DNA from: Gracilinanus agilis
Lineage: Eukaryota
Direction of reading: 5' to 3'
Assembly (NCBI RefSeq): GCF_016433145.1
Contig: NC_058131.1
Location: forward strand, 323,977,008-324,041,007
Length of the DNA stretch: 64,000 nucleotides
Shown here: piece after piece, positions 36,803 to 49,236 of the stretch
Layout of the letters: each line of letters opens with the position of its first letter
Numbering within the stretch: the first letter of the stretch is position 1
Translations under genes and position numbers: made by a program
The notes under the pieces: generated by a model
Database searches by the model: none
Told to the model about the DNA's origin: nothing
Seen by the model: only the letters and a program-made list of their open reading frames with translations

Positions 36803-36955
36803 NNNNNNNNNNNNNNNNNNNNNNNNNNNNNNNNNNNNNNNNNNNNNNNNNNNNNNNNNNNNNNNNNNNNNNNNNNNNNNNNNNNNNNNNNNNNNNNNNN
36901 NNNNNNNNNNNNNNNNNNNNNNNNNNNNNNNNNNNNNNNNNNNNNNNNNNNNNNN
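36803..36955. other. Assembly gap (153 N), FBXW2 intron
   Basis: N run flanked by MIR/L2-like sequence. Confidence 0.99.
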
Positions 36956-37579
36956 CTTTACTGTCCAGTCTTCCTTTATATATGAAGAAAATGAGACTTA
37001 ACAGACTTTGTGACTTGGCTAAAGTCACATGGGTAGTAAAATGGAATTAGAATTTACATTCCAGGTCCTGACTATGTATCCATTTCTTTATCCAATCTAT
37101 TATCCCTGGGTAATCTCCCTCATTTCCATTTGAGGTATTGCCACTGAGCAGAATTCTACTGAAGTCATCTTGGAATGGGCCTTTGGTCACTTGGTCCCAA
37201 ACACTTTAGAAAATAACACAAATGAGTCCCAGAAGGGTTACTTGACCAATAATTAAAATGATGACTTTGGAGGGACTGGACCTGTGATTTCTTTGGGATC
37301 AGGCACTCCTAGGGTGGTGGTATTGCAAATTAGAGTCCAATTTTCGATAAAGAGAGGGTTGCCTGAGAGGAATGCTGAGGTGTTATGTGACTTGTCCAGT
37401 GTCAAACTACTAGTATGTGTCAGGATCAAGTCTAGAATTCAGGAATTTCTGACTCAGACTGATTCTCTATTTATACTGCACTGCTGCCTCATTTATATAG
37501 CACTTTTAAGATTAGCCAAGCACCTCATTCACAGTAACTCTGTGATCTCATTAGTGCAAATATTTATTCTCTCCTTTTT

Positions 37580-37785
37580 TTTTTTTTTTTTTAAACCCTT
37601 ACCTTCTGTCTTGGAGCCAATACTGTGTATTGGCTCCAAGGCAGAAGAGTGGTAAGGGTAGGCAATGGGGGTCAAGTGACTTGCCCAGAGTCACACAGCT
37701 GGGAAGTGTCTGAGGCCGGATTTGAACCTAGGACCTCCTGTCTCTAGGCCTGGTTCTCAATCCACTGAGCTACCCAGCTGCCCCC
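37580..37785 (-). mobile_element. SINE1_Mdo-type SINE
   Basis: Near-consensus; perfect 15-bp TSD tattctctccttttt at 37565 and 37786. Confidence 0.93.
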
Positions 37786-38577
37786 TATTCTCTCCTTTTT
37801 GCAAAAGGGTAGCTTAGGTTTTCCTGAACATTTAAATGATTTGCCCCCTGCTTTATAGGCAGTAAGTATCTGAAATGGGACTTGAATCCTGATTTTAGAA
37901 TCCCAGTTTCAAACCCAGACTCTGTATTTACTAGCTTTGTGATTAGGGTCAAGTCACTCACTTTGTCTCTTAGGACCTCACTTTCTTCACCTTTTACAAT
38001 GTTCATAGGATTTTAATAACTTTAAAGAAAGAGATTTCATAGGACATCTGGTTTAGCTGCCTCATTTAATAGATAAACTACTTAGATACAAAGAGTTGTT
38101 AAGTGGCTTGGCCAAGGTCTCAGAGATAGTAGTGACAGAAACAGCCTTTGAAGTTTAGGCCTCTGACACTACATCTACTGTGGCATTATGCTGTGATATC
38201 TATAATCCCTTCCTTGGGTCATTGAACCACTTTGTGTAAAATTTGTGGGAGTCAATGTGGTACAAAGAAAGAACAGTGTCTCATAAGTAGAGGGCCTGGG
38301 TTCATATCCTGTCTCAGACACTCCATGTATGATGAGGGACAAGTCACTTACCCTCCCTGGGCCTTAGTTTCTTCATCTATAAAATGAGGGGTGGGGCTTT
38401 GATATCTGAGGTTCCTTACTATTCTAGATCCTTATGATCCTATTAATTCAATTACTATGTAAATGTGAATTGATATTATTACTTATTGCTATTATTTCAT
38501 AACTCTGGGCATTCTTTTGTATGCATGTTCTCTGACCATGGTGTTTCCTTATTGGCATCTTTTTTTTTTTCTTCAAG

Positions 38578-38772
38578 GGTCAGATGACTTGTCTGCAAAA
38601 CTCTGGGATGTGAGCACAGGACAGTGTATATATGGCATCCAGACCCACACTTGTGCTGCTGTAAAGTTTGATGAACAGAAATTGGTAACAGGATCCTTTG
38701 ATAATACAGTAGCCTGTTGGGAATGGAGTTCAGGAGCCCGAACTCAGCACTTCCGAGGACACACAGGGGCAG
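38578..38772 (+). CDS. FBXW2: FBXW2 coding exon 2 (WD40)
   Basis: cttcaag|[65 protein letters not shown]|gtatgg; 195 nt. Confidence 0.96.
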
Positions 38773-39614
38773 GTATGGTTTTTTAAATCCCTATCTTAGT
38801 CTGGATTTCAAGAAAGATAATTAACTTTTTACATGTGCCATTCTTCTTTCATGGTTGTTACAGGACGTTTCCCTTTATTTGCACTGTTAATTTCCCTACC
38901 CATAGCATTGGAATGGAGAAGAGAGATCTGAGTTAATATAGACTCGTTTTCTTTAAACCTTAGAAATCCATATTTTAAAGTTTAGAATTAAACCTCTGTG
39001 CTGGACTGCATAGAATTGGAGCTAGAAAGAGCTTTAGAGGCCATTCGAATTCAACCCCTGTCGTTTTACAGATGAGGAAACTGATACCAAGGGAGGTTAA
39101 GTGACTTGTCCCATATCATCAGTTCAAATATATCAAGTCCAAACTCTTAGCTTCTTTCCTTTGCAGTGATCTGTACTACCTAATAACTAAGTAATCTTTT
39201 ACTCCTTGTACATTTTGGCTATATATTTTGCCAGGGTTCATCTGCAAATCATTTACTTATGCCTTAAAAATCTTAGAGGAAATCTTATTTCATAGAATCA
39301 TTTTTCATACATTCTCAATAATTTTAAAAATCCTTCACACACATAACACTTTATAATTTAAAAAAGGTTTTCCTCTGTATTATTTTATTCACCAAAGATA
39401 AATTAAGCACCTACTGCATGCAGAGGACTGTGCCAGATACTGGGGGGGGGTGGGGAATTGCAGATTTAGATTAAGACTTTGGCTCTGCCTTAATGGAGCT
39501 TTGAGGGAGAATAAGGAATAGACATGTATCTACAATACACAATACAAATCATCAAAGAAATATGGAATAGAGTTGCTGATCAACATCTGTGGGAAGGATA
39601 TTATTGGTCTAGGT

Positions 39615-39818
39615 CAGTGATGGGCAGACTTTTTAAAGAGGGGGCCAAAGGAAAGGAAATGCTCATCTGTCAGTCTGTTTCTAAGGCAACTCTTTCCAAG
39701 TTTCATTGTACTGTATCCTACTCATTGTATTTGTCAGATTAGGAATAACGTGGCTCTGCCAGATAGAACATTTCAGGGAGCCGCATCTGGTCCATGGGCT
39801 GTAGTTTGCCCATCCTTG
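39615..39818. mobile_element. hAT non-autonomous DNA transposon (MITE, 204 bp) inserted in L2
   Basis: TIRs CAGTGATGGGCAGAC / GTTTGCCCATCCTTG; 8-bp TSD gtctaggt/gtctagag (NTCTAGAN-type). Confidence 0.82.
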
Positions 39819-41068
39819 GTCTAGAGCAGGCATTCCAAAGAAGATTATGATCTGAGTCACTGAGGGAAGAGGGCAGGGCACGTTTAACATGCCAGGGGTT
39901 TGACTAGAATGGACCATAAAGTACATTGAAGGAGGTATAGCTGGAAAGGTTGTATCAAATTGTGAAGAATCTTGGATGCTGGCCAAAGGAATTTGAAGAT
40001 TTTTGAACAGAGACGTGACAGGACCAGAATTATGCATAAGAAATATCATTCTGGAAGAAGTGAAAAGGATGGATCATTTGGTCCTCACAACCCCATTGTG
40101 TAATTGGCAGGTAGATATTATTCCTGTTTTATGACTGAGGAAATTGAGACTGAGAGATGATTTACCTTAGGATAGAGGTCAAAGAAGTAGCAGAACTAGA
40201 GCTAGAGGCCAGGTCTTCCTAGTCCAGTGTATTTGCCATACATTTTCCTCATTCAAAGCTTTGTCTACACATTGATGGAATCTAACACTTCTAAAATGTA
40301 TCTACTTTTTCATGGAGTTTTGTGTTTAGCTGTTTGACAGATGATTTCTAAATTATCTTGTACAACAAATAAGTGATTTGAAAAACACTTTTTAAGTGGT
40401 TTAGAAATAAATGCCATGGGATGGGAATTAAGTTGCAATCTATTCTTTTCTCTACGTTCTCTTGAAAAACTCATTTGACTGTAAATTGAAATTTAGGCCT
40501 CTCTTTCTTGATGTATTTGGGATTTTGTCCAAAGATTTAAGTTGATCTGGTAGATTGCTCCTCTCCTCATGTAAATCTTTGCCTAGTAAAATCCTACCAT
40601 CCTCAAAACAAAACTCAAATATATTTCTTCCAGCTATGTTTCCTTTATTCTTCTAGCTAATACTGGTTTTTTCTTACCCAGTTTCATCATACGTTATTTT
40701 TCTTTTATTATATTCTAATAATAGCAGCTTTGGATTTTATAACATTTTATGCTTTACAAAGTATTTTTCCTTCTAATCCTGTAAAGTAGCAAGTATTCTC
40801 TTTTTACATATGGGCCATATTAGCTCAGAGAGAGGAAGTAATTTACTCAGTCATATGAGTAATGTCAGAAGCTGTATTTGAATCCATATATTCTGACTTC
40901 AAGACCATTGCTCTTTCTGCCATAACACATTGATTTAATTATAGCTATATATGGACATATCTTCCTTCCAGATTGTTTATGAAAATCCAGGAGAACAAGG
41001 ACAAAGTCTTATTTACCTTCTTGTTTTACTTTGTGACTCCAGTAGTAGTCTACATTTAATAGACTCTT

Positions 41069-41491
41069 CTTTTTTTTTTAAACCCTTACCTTCTATCTTA
41101 GAATCTATTCTGTGTATTGGTTCCAAGACAGAAGAATGGTAAGGGCCAAGCATTGGGGGTTAAGTGATTTGCCCAGGGTCGGACAGCTAGGAAGTGTCTG
41201 AGACCAGATTTGGACCTAGGACCTCCCATCTCTGGGCCTGGCTCTCAATCCACTGAGCCACTCAGCTGTCCCCTTAATAGACTCTTTTTTAAAAAACACT
41301 TACCTTCTGTCCTAGAATCAATACCAGGTGTTGGTTCGTAGGCAGAAGAGTGGTAAGGGCTAGGCAGTGGAGGTCAAGTGACTTGCCCAGGGTTACAGCT
41401 AGGAAGTGTCTGAGACCAGATTTGAACCTAGGACCTCCTATCTCTGGGTCTGGCTCTCAGTCCACTGAGCCACCCAGTGCTCCCCACCCCC
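41069..41491 (-). mobile_element. Two tandem SINE1_Mdo-type SINEs
   Basis: Separated and flanked by ttaatagactctt at 41056, 41274, 41492. Confidence 0.9.
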
Positions 41492-41847
41492 TTAATAGAC
41501 TCTTAATAAATATTTGTTGAATGAATTAAGCTTATCTGATTTTTGAGGTACAGCTGGGTGCTGATTAGTACAAATAATGAATCCTCTGAAGTGGTTGCAT
41601 ATATTCAAATTCTAACTGTTTGAAGTTCATTGGTTTCAGCCCAAAAGAAACATGCAATGTGAATTTGAATGATGCAGCTACTTCAGGTGATTCATTATTT
41701 GCACTAATTGGGCTCTAGCTGTAATCTATATTTTCTCCATTTTCCTTCTTATTTTTTTCACAACCATATACAGTTGAAATTGATTTTTTTGCACTGTCTA
41801 TATCCAGCCGACAGGACCCATCTCTCAGTGACTAAATGCAGTTTTCT

Positions 41848-42005
41848 TTTTTTTTAATTGTGTTTCTGTTTATTTTGTTAAACAACTCCCGATTTTTATT
41901 TTATTTTGAATATTTTCCCATAGTTACATATGTCATGTTCTTTCCCTCTCCACCAATCCCACCCCCCTGTAGCCGACGCACAATTCCACTGGGTTTTACA
42001 TGTAT
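41848..42005 (-). mobile_element. Severely 5'-truncated L1 3' end (158 bp)
   Basis: Poly-T plus L1 3'UTR text; perfect 16-bp TSD ctaaatgcagttttct at 41832 and 42006. Confidence 0.8.
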
Positions 42006-42461
42006 CTAAATGCAGTTTTCTGTAAATGTAACAAATAACTCATTGCTTGTGCAGTGGCCATTTGCCTGCAGCTATTGCTGAGGAGAGAATACTGGTGTTT
42101 CTGAGGTTTGGATTCCCTTTCAGTTCATTAATGACTCAAAACAGAGAAGTTAACTGATGTTGAGAATTGGCCACCTGGTAGGCTTGCATATCTGTTGTTA
42201 ATAAACCTCAAAACTAAAAGAGGTTTGAAATGGCTGGATTTTCTTTGTAATTCCTAGTTGAGTAGTCCTATTATATATAGTAGCATCAGTGGTAGCACTG
42301 AGACTAAAGTATAAGAATGGCTTTTGAAAATTTTCATAATTGTACAGTTCTGGGAGAATACCTGGGCTATTTGCCCTTTTCTCAGCAAGAGAAAGGGATA
42401 TATGATGATATGATAGTGGTGGGTGCTTTATCTTTGTATGTGTGTGGGTTTTTATTTTTAG

Positions 42462-42595
42462 TGTTCAGTGTGGACTACAATGATGAGCTTGATCTCTTGG
42501 TGAGTGGTTCTGCGGACTTCACTCTGAAAGTATGGGCCTTATCAACGGGAACATGCCTGAACACACTCACAGGACATACTGAGTGGGTAACCAAG
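42462..42595 (+). CDS. FBXW2: FBXW2 coding exon 3 (WD40)
   Basis: ttttag|[45 protein letters not shown]|gtagga; 134 nt. Confidence 0.96.
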
Positions 42596-43632
42596 GTAGG
42601 AGATCTGCTGCTGAGCCTGAATCTCAGATTAGTAGTTGTTCATAGTTGTCCATTCAAACATTGTGGGATTTCATCTTTTCTTCTGCGAGCTCTTAAAACT
42701 TAGAAGAGGCAGCATAGAGCAGGACAGCTAAACAAGAACTGACTGGCCCCTGCGTTTGAGTTTGTGCTATGTGACTAAGCATTTCTTCTCTCTTCTTGGG
42801 GTCTTAGTTTCCTCATCTGCAAAATGCAAGAGTTGGGTTAGATGCTCTTAAAGATCTTTGCATCCCAAAATCAAAATCTGTACCATGACTTGGAAGTCTA
42901 CAATACCCACCCAGACATTTGGTTGGGTTTCCAGGGGAGAATCCTTTAAGTACTCCTTTATTCACCTGTTTCCTTGGAAGCAGGTGGTTTTTGGCTGTTT
43001 CTGTGTCTGCATTCATGTTCATTTACCAGCTTTTCATAGAATGATTAAATAATCATAACTTCTAACCATAATTTGTGGGTGGTTTGGCAAAAATGTCAGA
43101 ATTTGACGATTATATATAACCTTGCATCTGGAGGCAGGGCAGCAGGTAAAAATGCTGGGATTTAATAACATCACATCTTCTCTAGATACCAGATAGCCAG
43201 TAATACAGATGCTTATGATGAGGCCTATGACATATGGTAACTCTTTCCTCAGTGGTCCAAATTGACTTTATGCCTCAGACATACTTCTAAAGTACCAGAA
43301 ATATCTCTGAGAATCATGTTGAATTTCAAAGTGAGGGGTCTATAATATTTGGTCTAGCTTTTGTTTTCTCGCCAGTAAACTAGGGTGTGTGCACTAGGTA
43401 ATCTCTAAGACCCCTCATGCTCTAACTCATTTGGTTTTATGATACTGACTGAAGCTATTTAGAGAAGGGACAAATACTGGTAATAACATCCTGTTAAATA
43501 CCTAAATGATCTAGTTGTGAGAGAACATATATAATTAGTTTGCATATAACTTAAGATTTAGGCTACATCAGCTTGGTATCATCTACCATATAACTTTAGA
43601 CCTTCTTTAATAAAAACTTTTCATACTTGCAG

Positions 43633-43719
43633 GTGGTTTTACAGAAGTGCAAGGTCAAGTCTCTCTTGCACAGCCCTGGAGATCATATTCTCCTTAGTGC
43701 TGACAAGTATGAAATCAAG
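43633..43719 (+). CDS. FBXW2: FBXW2 coding exon 4
   Basis: ttgcag|[29 protein letters not shown]|gtgagt; 87 nt; not in the ORF track. Confidence 0.94.
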
Positions 43720-44444
43720 GTGAGTGTTTTTTTTACTTTCTGCCTTTCAGTTTTCTGTTAGATGAAAATGGGTAAATTTAACAAAATCAAAATTGTCTCT
43801 GGATGTGGAGATATCATCTGAAACACAGTATGCCTCAGTATGAAGTGCTGCTTTAGGAGTGTCTCTTCATCTTGTTCTGGGTAGTTAGAGAAGCAGCATT
43901 AACTCCCAAGTTTCCAGATCCAAATACATCTACCTTGTTCAAGTATAATGCAGGTGCATTTCATTGCCTCTTCCTTGTCACCATCCCCATTTGGCCTTTC
44001 TGTTACTAAAATGTCTTACTGACTTCAAGTTTTCCCATATTCCTAATGGTAGGAAAGGTTCAGAGACCTTAAACATCTCTTGTGGCTATAGAACCTCGGG
44101 TATTATAATAAAGCTTTCAGTGGAGTGAAGTTTTGTTCCCCCCTCATTGGATGGGAACCTCATGGTTAGCTTCCACTTGCAAACATCACCTATGTAGCAG
44201 TAGAGCAGGGGTCAAGAAATGCAGGGACTTGACAGTATAAGCTAAGTATTCACGGCAGTTGAGGCAAAGGATTACACTAATATGTTGGAGTTTTCCTAAT
44301 AAACAATGAGTGGCAATAAAGTTTCTGGTATTCGATTTCGAAATTGAAAATGAATCCTAGACCAAAATGTTCCACAAAGGCTGCTGTTGTTACAAAAAAA
44401 AGATTTTTGAGCATGTTTTTCTTGCTTCAGGTTGAACTTGGCAT

Positions 44445-44990
44445 TTTGTTAATTTATTTTTACTTTTTTACCAATTACATGTAATAACAAATTTCCAAAT
44501 AAGTTTTCTGAACTTATATGATCCTAATTGTCTCCTTCCCTACCTCTCTTCCTTCCTCCCTCTTGGAGCTGGCAAGCAATTCAGTCTGGATTATACATAT
44601 ATTATCATGCAAAGCCTATTTCCATATTGTTCATTTTTGTAAATGAATAATCTTGTGAAACCAAAACCCCAAAACATATACCCAAATAAACAAGTGAAAA
44701 ATTGTGTGCTTTCATCTGGATTCTTTTTTTTTTAACCCTTTTCTTCCATCTTAGAATCTATACTGTATATTGGCTCCAAGGCAAAAGAATGGAAAGGGCT
44801 AGGCAATAGGGGTTAAGTGACTTGCCCAGGGGCACACAGCTATGTAGGTAGTGTCTGAGGCTAGATTTTAATTTAGGACCTCCCGTCTCTAGGCCTCGCT
44901 CTCGATCCATTGAGCTACCCAGATGCCCTCTTTCATCTGCATTCTTACTCCAACAAGATGATAAGTAAAGAAGATGCTAGAGGTGGATAG
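44445..44990 (-). mobile_element. Older L1 3'UTR fragment interrupted by a SINE (44726-44929, -)
   Basis: L1 3'UTR motifs; SINE TSD ctttcatctg(g/c)attctt at 44709 and 44930. Confidence 0.72.
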
Positions 44991-45234
44991 CATTGCTTAA
45001 GACTTGGCATTTTGAAAAATTGCACTGAATCTCCTTTCCTGGTTTATTTTTGCTTTATATCAGCATTCTCTTCTTCATCTAAATGGGCTAAATCAACCTG
45101 AATGTAGTAAACACAGGCCAGTATTAGCTTGCTTTGAAACAAGTTTTTTTTTACCTCCTGCCTTCCTTCTCCACCCCCAAATTGATATCAGCTAGCATTC
45201 TTCTGATTATTGTTTCTTCTTCTCCAATTTGTAG

Positions 45235-45404
45235 ATTTGGCCAATTGGAAGAGAAATCAACTGCAAATGTTTAAAAACATTGTCTGTGTCTGAGGATCGA
45301 AGTATCTGTTTGCAGCCAAGACTCCATTTTGATGGCAAATACATTGTATGTAGTTCAGCTCTAGGACTTTATCAGTGGGACTTTGCCAGCTATGATATTC
45401 TCAG
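45235..45404 (+). CDS. FBXW2: FBXW2 coding exon 5
   Basis: ttgtag|[57 protein letters not shown]|gtagtg; 170 nt. Confidence 0.95.
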
Positions 45405-45845
45405 GTAGTGTTTTCTGTTTGAATCAAGTTAATTTAAGTCATTCTAAGTTTGTTGTAGTTAAAAACTTAAAAAGGAGTGTAAGTGTGTATATGTACTATT
45501 TATTAATACTTTTTTTTTTTAATGAATCCACTAAGAAACCTTTTCTGCATTTAGTGGAAAGTAACCCTGGATTCTGAATGAGGAAACCAGAATTCTAGTT
45601 GATTAACTATTAGGTGACTTCTCTGTGCACCAGGCCCCTCACCAGTTTCCTCATCTCTAAAATTAATAAATTGTACTACTCAATGACCTCTCAGGTTCCT
45701 TTTGGCTCTAAAGCTATGATCCATTCAACAAGAGGAATAGATTAGATAATCTTAAGGATTCCCTCTAGTTTTGATATTCTGGGTTGATAATGACCTAAGT
45801 AAAATTCTGCTCTTGTTCATCACTCTTAAACTCTTCTTCTTACAG

Positions 45846-46134
45846 GGTTATCAAGACTCCAGAGTTAGCAAATTTGGCATTACTTGGCTTTGGAGACATC
45901 TTTGCCCTGTTATTTGACAACCGCTACCTATACATCATGGACTTAAGGACAGAGAACCTGATTAGCCGCTGGCCTCTTCCTGAGTACAGGAAGTCAAAGA
46001 GGGGCTCCAGCTTCTTGGCAGGTGAAATGTCATGGCTGAATGGACTAGATGGGCAGAATGATATGGGTTTGGTTTTTGCCACCAGTATGCCTGACCACAG
46101 TATTCACTTGGTGTTATGGAAGGAACATGGCTGA
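45846..46134 (+). CDS. FBXW2: FBXW2 terminal coding exon
   Basis: ttacag|[27 protein letters not shown]...[12 protein letters not shown]; with a 490-nt first coding exon the total is 1365 nt = 454 aa. Confidence 0.96.
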
Positions 46135-48429
46135 AGATATGGACAGCAGCTTAAAAAAAATGACTTTGGGTGCTGAGGCTGCTGGTTCTGATGCAGCCTC
46201 TGTGGGAACTGATTTTGCATGTACCAAAGTACACTCCTAATGGTATCGTCATGCAGTGCACAATCATTTATTTTCCTGGGTGGGGAGTGATGGGGGGGCG
46301 GGATAGGGAGAAAGGTTGGGGGAGAGGGATTATTTTATTGACATAATGCAACGCAGCATGCTAACAGTCCACACCATTGAAATTCCTTTGTACTTAGTTA
46401 TGCTTGTCATTATAAAAGAACAAATTTTGGGCCTACCTTTCTTGACTGGAGTATTGGTTTAAAGTAAAGCAAGTTAAATGGTTTATAAGTCCACTAATAA
46501 TTGAATATGAAATCACAGTGAGTGATTAAATGTTTTTTGCCCTGGTCTTTTTTTTTTTTTTTTACTTGAGGTGGAAGCAAAAGTATTTTCGAACTCCTAA
46601 ACTGCTAAAGCTAGAAGGTAGTCCCTCTTGTTCAGAAGAGAAGGTGGAAACTAAGAGGGGAAAAGATATACCCCATGCTGTTCCAAAATCTCCTCTTACA
46701 TGGAGCTAGCGTTTTATAGGAGCCTTAGTTACAGAGACTATTGATTTCTGTGATTTCTATGAAGTCTTCAGGGATTACCCGTTCCTATGATGATTCTTCA
46801 TTCTTTATTAAAATTAATTCATGAGATGTGAGTAAGCTGTGGAGATGTTTTAACATATCTAACAGGAAGCATTTAGGAAACATTGTGAGAAAAGAGAAGA
46901 AAGAGAAAACAGCCATTATTTTTGATTGGTGCCAGTTTTAAATATGTAACTCCTTACTCATTCCATTATTTTAATGAATTATATGCACTACATTATGGTA
47001 GGGGCTGGGAGGGTTAGAAAGTCAAGTAAGACATGGTTCCTCCTATCATAGAACCTAAGGTCTAGTAGTGGGAGATAAGAAATGTGCACAGATAAAGATA
47101 ACTTAGAATGTGGTAAATATGTAAGTACAAAGGATTATGAAATCATATGAAGGAGAGATCACTTCCACTTAAGTGACCAGAGAAGGCTTCTTTGAGGGGG
47201 TAGTATTTGAATTGATAAAACATGAAACTTAAAATTAATTTAGAACAGGAAAGAAAACATTATTGGCACCCAACTAACATCCTTGGTTTTGAGCTAATCA
47301 CAATTTTAGCTATAAGGTTTTCTGTAAAGGCCACTGCCCTCAAACATCTTCATTTTAGTAGAAGGGCTAAGATGTACAAATTAGAATGCAGATTAGAATA
47401 TGAAACGTAAATGAAAAACATGAAATAAATGCCCTTTGAGTTCACAAGAAGTCAGATTTTGACTGGATGGGGTAAGGGACAGCTCGTGGTGGAGGGGTGG
47501 TATTTGATCTAAGTTTTAAAGATGGATGGGATTTTAACTAGTGGGAAGTCAAGATATAATTAGTAAATGGTGAGAAAGGGGAAGGGACCACATACTTATT
47601 AGGTACCTCCTATATGCCAAATACTGTGCTAAGTGTTTTTATAAATATTTTTTCATTTGATTATATTTACAAATAATATTTATTACAGGTATTGACAAAT
47701 ATTATCACATTTGATTGAATGGCAAATAGATCTGTTTGAGTGGAGTATAGGGCACTTGAAAAACAGTAACATGAAATGAATTTGAAAAAATAATTTGAAG
47801 CCAGATTGTGTATTATCTCTAATGCCAAGTTATGGATGAAGCAATGGACAATTGCTGAAGAGTTGGGTTGGGTTCGTTTTTGTTTTTTTTAATTTATAAG
47901 GAAATAACAAGCAGATCTCTGCTTTGGGTTACTCTGGCTTCAGTGCAGAGCTGGGGGTACTGATCAAGATGCCGTTCTAATTGTCCAGGTAAAAGTAATG
48001 AAGATGTTGCTTAGGGTAGCAGCAGTGGGAATGAAGAGCAGAGGATATTCAAGTTCTTACATGAGAAGATACACTCTGGGCTTTTCCTACCAGTGTCGTG
48101 TTTATATTTTATATTAGAGACAATAGCCATGTTTGAGTAGAAGGGTTGCATAGTTAGGTCTACATTTAAGGAAAATCACTTTGGTAGCTTGTAAGTAATA
48201 AAGTTGGATAAAAACAAGTTTCTACCAATGTGTCTATTTCTGAATCAAACATACTGGAAAAGGAAAAGAATAGTAAATCTAATAATATGAATTGAGGAAA
48301 TCTTAATTTACTCATAAACTAAACTGGGACTAGAACTGACCCAGAGTTAGCAAAACTAACCTATATGAGAGCTATCATCTGAGTCCTACAACTTCCTTTT
48401 TTTTTTGTTTGCTTTTTAAACTTTTCTTT

Positions 48430-48900
48430 TTTTTTTAAACCCCTTACCTTCCATCTTGGAATCAATACTAGGTATTGGTTCCAAGGCAGAAGAGTGGTAA
48501 GGGCTAAGTGGCAATGGGTGTTAAGTGACTTGCCCAGGGTCACACAGCTAGGAAGTGTCTGAGGTCAGATATGAACCTAGAACCTCCATCTCTAGACCTG
48601 ACTATCCACTGTGCCACCCAGCTGCCCCCAAAACCTTACTTTCTTAACAGCTAAGACAGAAGAGCAAGGACTAAACAAATGGGATTAAGAGATTTTCCCA
48701 GGGCAGTTAGGTGGCTCAATGGACAGATAGTCAGGCTTGGAGATGGAAGGTCCTAGGTTCAAGTTTGACCTCAGATACTTCCTAGCTATGTGACCCTGGA
48801 CAAGTCACTTAACCCCAGTTGCCTAGTCTTTACCTTTTTTCTGCTTTGAAACATTACTTAGTATTGCTACTAAGACAGAGAAGGTAGGGATTTAAGATAG
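48430..48900. mobile_element. SINE cluster (minus copy 48430-48628, plus copy ~48701-48895)
   Basis: Two CORE-SINE bodies in opposite orientation plus tail fragments. Confidence 0.78.
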
Positions 48901-48989
48901 ACATACAGACAGACAGAAAGACACTTGCCCAGAGTCACACAATGTCTAAGGCCAGAATTAAGTTTATGCTCTCTATCCATTGTGCCACA

Positions 48990-49236
48990 GTAAGGACAGT
49001 TATGTCAGTTATGTCTGATTCGTCATGACCCCATTTGGGGTTTTCTTGGCAGCCATACTAAAGTGCTTGCTATTTCCTTCTCCAGTTTATTTTACAGATG
49101 AAAAATTTGAGGCAAACAGGGTTAGATGACTTGCCCAGAGTCACACAGCTAGTAAGTATCTTGAGGCTGGATTTGAACTCAGGAAGAAGAGGCTTCCTGA
49201 CTTTAAGGCTTAGCACTCTATCTATTGTGCCACCCG
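48990..49236 (-). mobile_element. MAR1-type SINE (CORE plus RTE tail)
   Basis: catgaccccatttggggttttcttggca RTE tail with CORE; boundaries approximate. Confidence 0.78.
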
